A stretch of 64,000 nucleotides of DNA from Lama guanicoe. Lineage: Eukaryota. The position numbers were made by a program, and so were the translations under genes. Position 1 is the stretch's first letter. Every line of letters begins with the position of its first letter. Shown here in pieces: positions 56,701-64,000 of the stretch. The stretch lies in contig MU056134.1 of the NCBI GenBank assembly GCA_013239625.1, positions 434,001 through 498,000 on the forward strand. Direction: 5' to 3'. Below the pieces are notes generated by a model. It saw only the letters and a program-made list of their open reading frames with translations, was not told the origin of the DNA and searched no databases.

Positions 56701-59700
56701 TGCAGAGGGAAGACAGAAGGTCTGCTCTGTTCCAAACTCTACCCCTTCTGGGGACTCTGACCCTGCCTCCGCGGAGCAGTGGCCTTAGGAACAAGCAGCA
56801 ACAGCATCCTGTCCTCTGGCCTTTGGTAGGACTGACCAACACTGTCTCCCTGGAGAAGCCCTAGCCCAGGTAGCTGGGTGGGTAGCCACTGGAGTCATCC
56901 TGCACACACCAGGCTCTAGCTAAAGGGGGACCACCCTGCTCAGCTCATGGGTACAACTGAGTAGTGACAGCAACACCTTAGTGACACCTCCTTACCATCT
57001 AGCTGGGCTTCTGATCTCTCCATGAACCCCACCAGCCCTGTAGGGGCTCCCACAACAGATTGTTCGGGCAGCACAACCATGGATAGCCTGGCTCCTCCGG
57101 TGGGGTGAGGGCGATGACAGGTGTTGACAGGGTAACCTCTGGGATGACTGCCAGCAGAGACTAAAAAGAGAGTGTCCAGGCAAAGGGACACAGCCCCCGA
57201 GCAGTCAAGGGATTTGAGGACATGAGAAGCAGGTTTTAGCAGCACCTTTGGGAAAACGGTTCAAAATAAAAAACCAATCTAGCTGCCCAAGAGTAAGGCC
57301 AAGCTTTCCTCCTGTTCTGAACACAACTCAAGCCATGGCCCAGCTCTCAGCCTTCTCTTGGAAAAGTCACCAACTCCAGAATCCCTGGGACCCAAATGCT
57401 AGCATCAGGGAAATGGTACCTTGAGCTCCCCCTGGAAAAACCCTGGAGGGAGGGGGGCACAACAGTGTATGGACCCACCCGGCAGACCTAAGCTTAAAAC
57501 TTGACTCTAAAAAGACCCTGCTCCTGGGAGCCACCAGCCACAGAAGGCTGGGGGTGTGGGGGGAGTCAGGGTTCGTGGAGTAGGAACGCATTAAGCAGTT
57601 TGGAAAGTCTACACAGGATGAAAATGAGGCCTCTACAGATAAGCCCTGGATCTGAGAAGCTGCCCCAACAAAAGAGGGGAGAGGGAGAAAGAGGCCTTTG
57701 AGAGCATCTGTTTCAGCCCCCACGTAACACAGACGAGGAAACCAAGCTTCTTAGGCTGCTGTGCAAAAATGGCCACCAGCTAGGTAGGAGGGATTCAAAC
57801 CCAGGTCTTCTGACTCCCAGCTCAGGCGGGCTCCCTCTGAACACTAACCCGTGCAGCACTCACTCCAATGTGGGGCATCCCAGCTGCTCAGAATGAGCCA
57901 GCCCTGGATAACTGGCCCCTCTAGGCAGCAGTTCACCCCATGCCCTCCACCAGGACCCAAGCCCCCAGGGTCTCCCTCACCAGGGTGGGGAGTCAGCAGC
58001 TTCCTTAAATGTCTAGTGACCTCATTCTGTCCCTCTGGAGAATGGGAAAAGGCTCTTGCCCCTTTCTTGGCCTTGAAGGATTTTGGAAGGAGGCAGGGAA
58101 CAGCATTTCACACTCCTCCCCATGACGCAATGACCCCTCCCCACCAAGGACGGTTTCCCATGATCTATTTCTGTGCTCTTACGTGACTAGTGAGGCCAAT
58201 TTAGACTCAACAGGTTCTACCACAATTCAGACAGCGTTTCCACATGTGCAAGCTGGGGATGACTCTCACCTAGCAATTTTCACAGCGCCTCATGCAACGC
58301 AAGCGAACACACACCACGTGATGGCAAAGAGCGAGAGCTCTCGAGCAAGAGAACGCCAGAGTCCAAGTCAGGCTCTGCCACCTCCTAGGCCCAAGGCCCC
58401 AAGCTGTCCCTGTGCTCCGGGAGGGCATCTCTGAGATGGGAGTAAGAATAGCACCTACCTCCCAGAGCTGTTAGGGCTCAGGAGAGATAACACTGCAGTG
58501 GAGCTTGGCATAGAGCCTGGGAAAATCTCAGGAGGTACTAGTCTAGGCTGTTATTAATGGCTCCTGACATTCTTTGTGTCCTGGACCCCTTTGGGAGTCA
58601 AGTGAAGCCTATGGACTTCTCAGAATGCTTCTAAAGTCCATAAAATAAAATACTTAGAATTACTTAGGGACAAACTCACAGATGGCTTGAATTCTAAGGA
58701 AGCCAAGTTCAGACCTCTGCCAAAACGAAGCCCCAGTTCTCTTATTTCAGACTGTCCCAAGGTTGCTCTGTGGTCCTGTCCTAATCAGAGCTCTTCCAGC
58801 GGGGCCCACATAACACAAGCTGGAGTGGCCAGGAACTGGATCCCAGCACTGGGGAAGGTGTCTCTGGGAAGGGCCTCCTCCCAATGGCAGCACTTCTAGC
58901 CTGTCCCTCCTGTCCCCCCTTGCCTTGCTACCACCAAGAAGGGCCACTCTGTCCTCTGAGGCTCAGTCCACAGTGGTGGGCTCCATCCATCCCTCAAAAG
59001 CAATACTTAGCACAAGTTTTGGTCCCCGCTCTTGGGACCCCAGCTCCCAGCACTCAGAAAGTCTTCCCGTGGCAGGTGACATCCCTTTCCCCAGGACTAT
59101 TCCACATCCTCCCGGGGCCAGGACTCAGGAGACCCTAAGCTCCTCTTCTCACAAGGCAGGAACAACGTGAAACTAACTTCAAAGACTCCTAGAAAGGCAC
59201 TGCAGGAAGGGCCTGCAGATCAGTGACTCAACTCCCCCCACTGACAGAGGAGGAAAGCCAGGCCAGAGATGGAAGAGATTCATCCAACGTCACCTTGAAA
59301 GGAGGCATAGGAGCCGGGGCTTAACCCTGGGTCTTCTGGCTCTCTCTTGCCTCCCACTAAAAAACAAGAGAAATCTCGAAGGCTGCTCCTGAATTTAATG
59401 AGAGAGGGAGTAAGGAGCCAAACTCTGCATTAAGGATCCAGAGATCCAGACAGGGCACCTGGTTGGCCCTAGAACACCAGAGCCCAGGAGTGCGGGGGAA
59501 AGGGGGTCCAAGTGAATGGAACCCCCCCAAAATCTTGAGGTAGACTGTGTCTCTGAAGGACCTCAAGCTGAAGGGATGCACAGACCTGGTGGAAAGTACA
59601 AAGCATCTCACTGGTGAAGATGGAGTTAGTCACTGATCTTGGGCTGCTCTCTGGAGGAGTAGACTCACTTCTCCCAGCCCAGCCACTTCCAGGAAACCCT

Positions 59701-60201
59701 TGGGCACCAAGCTAGAGGCAATTAAAAGGCACACTAACCATTCAAAGCCTGCAGCTGTTGCTGAGACTGTTCGCTGCATACCTGGGGTGGACGGCAGGAG
59801 CCCCAGTGCGGGAGCCCTGCCTCTACTCCTCGAGCACAACCCAGCCCTGAGCGTCCAGCAGGGCGCCCTGTCCACCTGGCCACTTGCTATAATCCCCTAC
59901 CCTGGCTAGGGTTTAGACACCTGCTCCCCAGTGTCTCAAGACATCCTCCCTCTCCAGACTGCCAGGCTGCTGGGAGCTGGATATGACTTCAACTGAGGCA
60001 ACAGCCTACCTCCCTCTGCAATAGGCCCCTCTCCCAAGAGCCCAAAGCCCATTGAGGCCTTCTAGGGAGACTGGTGACACCCACTGGCAGGCTGCTAGGC
60101 CCCATGACCCTGTCCACATGACCCCTGTCCACAAAGCCCTTCCTCCAAGTATGGTCTGAGCCTACTCACATCCGAATCATCTGAGATGTGTTAAAAATGC
60201 T

Positions 60202-60396
60202 TGTTCCATAGCACAGGAAACTATATTCAATATCTTGTAATAACTTATGGTGAAAAAGAATATGAAAATGAATGTACATTCATGTATGACTGAAGCATTA
60301 TGCTGTAAACAAGAAACTGACACAAGATTGTAAACTGAATATACTTCAGTAAAAAAAATATATATATATATATATATATACACATCAAAAAAAAAA
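60202..60396 (+). mobile_element. 5'-truncated L1 3' end with (TA)n/A tail, inserted in a MER5-like element
   Basis: ATAGCACAGGAAACTATATTCAATATCTTGTAATAAC..GACTGAAGCATTATGCTGTA..AGAAACTGACAC..TTGTAAACTGA; TSD-like AAAAATGCT / AAAAGTGCT. Confidence 0.8.
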
Positions 60397-63300
60397 GTGC
60401 TGGTTCAGGGGCTGCCCTCGGAAATCCAAACCTTGTGGTGGGGATTGAGGCAAAGCTTGGGAATCTGCTTTTGAATACATCCCCTTGGTAATTCTGTGGC
60501 AACTGTAAGTTTGAGAACTGCTTTCTCACAGTGTCCCCCGGCTGGCTGCACTCATCTCTGCTGCCAACCTGACAGCTGTTACAGCTGTGCATATGGACAC
60601 AGTTAATCCGATTTCCTGTCTGGCAGCTGTGCAGCAGGGAAGGGACAGCTGAGGGTCTCAAAAACAAGAAGACGGGATGAGATAGGAGGGGATGGGGGCA
60701 GGGGAGGTAGTGTGAATGGGACAGGGTGTTCAACTGTATTCCTGAGCCCCCTTCTCCCTCTTTGGCTAAAATCCCTACAAGGAGGGAAAAATAACTGATC
60801 AAGTGGGTTATAGAAAACAATCTCCTCTCAGAAACCTCAGGACCCACCCCCTTCCCCACCCAAGGCCAGACTGGTCTCTATAGTCTAGGAGTACAAACTT
60901 TGGAAGTATAAAGACAGGTGCGCCACATAAGGTTGTGCAGGCTATGTACTGCACAAGGCCACCCAACTGAAGGGGCAAGTTGGGGGCTGAAATCTAGCCT
61001 AGGTTCCAAGTGCTAAGCCATGCCATGCACTCTAGCATGAGAATACAGCCACCTGGAAAAAGGGCTGCCTTTTAAAAATTTGCACAGGGAAGCTCTTATG
61101 TGGGTGAGCAGCGGCCCTACACAGAGACCTGATCAGCTGTCACTTACTCTGTGACTTTGGGCAAGTTCCCTAACCTCCCTGATCCTTCTCAATTGTAAAA
61201 CATGGCTATTAAAACCTTCCTAGAAGAGATAAGGTAAGGAAAGCACCTGATACCCTTGTCATTTAGCACATTACAATATTAATTCCCTTCCCACCCAGTC
61301 TTGCTCTTCCTACCTTCCCTGCGCCCCTACACCTAGACACCCACACACCTAACCAAGCTTGGAATGGTGTGAAGAATGGGAGTAAGAATATCAGGGGAAA
61401 CTCCAATACCAAACCCAAACCTCATGGTGCTTCTCAACATCCACAGCATCCCTTCCTGGCATAACCGGGATTCACACCGTCCCTCACCAGGGAAAGGAGA
61501 CTTCTCCTCCATGCCTGTTCATAACAGCCTGCATGTTGCCCAAGCAGCAGCTCTGCCCAGTCCAGCCCAGAAGAAAACCCAAGACCCAACAGAAGGGAGG
61601 CAGGGGATCCCCCAGCACTGTGTCCCTGGGACTCCCACACCAGGGTTCAAGCTCCTGGGCTACCCGAGCCGGGACCAAGCCTGGATGAGAGTGCCCACTG
61701 TGTGCTGGGCTGTTGCAGAAGAGCCAGGCAGAGACCCCCTCCTTCAAGGAAGATCTGATGGCACTAGCAGAAGCTGTGATCTGTCCCCCTCCTCAAGCAG
61801 GAACAGCAGAGAATGCCCCACATCCTTCATGGGTTCGCCTGCCAAGACTCTGGCTCCCCCACTGGGGCAACTTACCATATCTGTCTATCCACCCAGAGGG
61901 CCAAGCCCCAGAATAGAGCTCAGGACTCCTGCTGTCCACCCTGGATGCCAGCCCCCTCAAGCAACATTCATTCATCCGTGTGCCAGGCACAGTGCTAAGT
62001 GCTGGGGAATGGCAGTGCACCAGACAGCCCAGAGAGAAAAGGACGCCTCTAAAACAGGGCTCCAAAGACCGGCTGCTGCAGTGGGCAAAGACTTCAGGAC
62101 AAGCACCCATCCCAGGAAGCCCCCTTTCCCCAAACCCTCCAGCTTGGGAGGCCTGACAACACACACTGCCCAAGAAGCGTCCCTGGACACCTGCTTTTTT
62201 AGCCACAGGCTTTTGCATCCTGTCTGGAGACTGATCAAGAGATGGGGAGAGGAGGCGGAGAATGGGGCCCGGTGGGGGGGCGGGGAACACCAGGCTGCCT
62301 GGGCCCTCATGGCCGTGTTTATCCGGGGTGGATTTTTTTTTAACCCAAAGGTTAAAGCGTTTCTATTTGAAACATCTATTTACATTCCAGAGTCCAAAAA
62401 AAAAACAAGGCAGCAGAGCTCCAGGCCTATATCTGTCCCCAGCCGCGTCACAGACACGGCATCAGAGCTGCGCAGGGGGAACATTCTTAGCCCTCTCCCC
62501 GAGCTGCTGAGGTGACTCACACCTCCCTCCTGCCAGCATGGACCACGCCACCGCTCAGGCTAGGCAGTGTGTGTGTGTCGGGTGATGGGGGGACAGGGAT
62601 CTGAAGAGCGGGACTGGCCAAGGGGTGGGGGGCCAGTCTGTGCAAAGCCAGGAAGCCTTACAGAAGGCATGGGGGGCAGTGGGGTTCCAGCCTGCGAGGA
62701 ATCTGGGGCCTAACTTGAAAGAGGATGAGAACATGCTGAAGAGGAAACTTTAGGCCAACTGCCAACTGCTTCTGGGAGGCAAGGGACAGTGGGGACAGGG
62801 CAGGATGGGTGGACTGATATGGCATCTGCCAAATGCGGTGGAGCTGCCCCCAAGCAGATGCCCTCCACAGTCAGCCCTTTGCTTTCCAAGAGACCACCAT
62901 GACTCCCAGAGGCTTCAGGGTAAGGGTCAGCAAGCAGGGTCTTCAGTTAGAGCTGTGGGCTCAACTAGACCAGGGCTAGACCAGCCCTCTACCTTTATAT
63001 CCCTCCCAGGGGGACTGTGGAGAGACTCTGCATGGGGTTACGCACTCATCCTAGGGGCCTGCATGGGCACCCTCAGGGCTGGCCCCTATGGGCATGCTCT
63101 GAACCTAGGAGACTCCCAGGGCATCCCTGCCTAGGCAGATGGTAGGCCCTATTTGAAGGGTTTTCCAAATCTTCCCCAAAACCTTCATCCTTTTACACTT
63201 TCCAGTCCAGCTGCAACCTTAACCCTGGACGGCTTGGAGTTAAATCACAGGTACCTGCACAAGCACACGGCTCCCACCTTCCAATTCAAGGCCTGGGACC

Positions 63301-64000
63301 CACACCCATGTACCCAGAGGCAAAGACTCCCCAAACGTACACACACAGACACCCACATCCAAGTGCCCAGCCACTACCAGGAGGGGCCAAGCAGGCATGG
63401 GTCCAGCAGGCCCCTCCCTAGAGGAAGCATCTTGTGGTGCCGGCCTGGTGGGGAGGCTGTGCCAGAAAGGCCTGATGCTGCCAACAGGTTCCTGGGAGGG
63501 AGGGAGGGAGTGGCCCAGCTCAGGGGGATCCCACCCCCAGCCAAGAGCCAAAAGAATCCCTGCTGAGAAGGTGACAGGAGCTAGCAATCCTCAAGCCGTA
63601 TGAGCCTGAGTAACATCCTTTCATTCTCATAAGGTGGGAATAAACCAAGGCCTGGGGAAGGAGAGATACGGGGAAGTCAGCGGCCAAGGCCCCCGACACC
63701 CTAGCTGCCAGCCTCTGCCCATTCTACCACAGCTGCATCAAGCCTCCTCCCCAAGTGTGATTCCCAGGGCTCTCCTGACTAGCAACTTGCAGAAATCACT
63801 GCACTGGACCCTCTGCCCCCAAGAACCCAGCCAGAAAAGCAGGGGGAGCCTTTATTCTTATGGACATTCCGGTTATAGCTTCTTTCCTTGCCCAACCTGG
63901 GGAGAGGACAGCCTGGTGGCAAGTCACTGACCCATTTCCTCCCCTCTGACCATGGTGCCAACTAGGCCAGGATCCTCTAGTAATCCACAGCCCCCAGCAG

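Noticed and set aside
61376-62515. 379-aa plus-strand ORF antisense to an HDAC5 intron
   Set aside because: No recognisable domain, low-complexity Pro/Ser composition, GC-rich context, and it crosses an L2-like fragment (CATTCATTCATCC..TGTGCCAGGCACAGTGCTAAGTGCTGGGGA); most likely a chance ORF.

Overview
Mammalian genomic DNA, probably from a camelid (inferred from Vic-1-like tRNA-derived SINEs and the L1 3' end type). Gene order matches the conserved TMEM101 - LSM12 - G6PC3 - HDAC5 block. Contents: TMEM101 exons 1-2 (minus); a full-length, decayed 6.1-kb class III (ERV-S-like) provirus about 300 bp upstream of the TMEM101 ATG, head-to-head with it (two LTRs, 5-bp TSD GCCTC, tRNA-Ser PBS, gag-pro-pol with YIDD RT, gamma-type env); LSM12 (minus, three of five coding exons hidden in N gaps); a complete six-exon G6PC3 (plus, 346 aa); and most of the HDAC5 CDS (minus, 5' end outside the window). 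The most unusual signals are the provirus itself, its asymmetric LTR CpG decay, a CAG/CCG expansion in frame in its gag, a 297-bp templated duplication fused to a SINE tail in LSM12 intron 2, a U12 branch point in LSM12 intron 1, stop-free 3n introns in HDAC5, and N gaps that sit precisely on conserved exons. All alignments, counts and comparisons to orthologs or repeat consensuses were done by eye or from memory.
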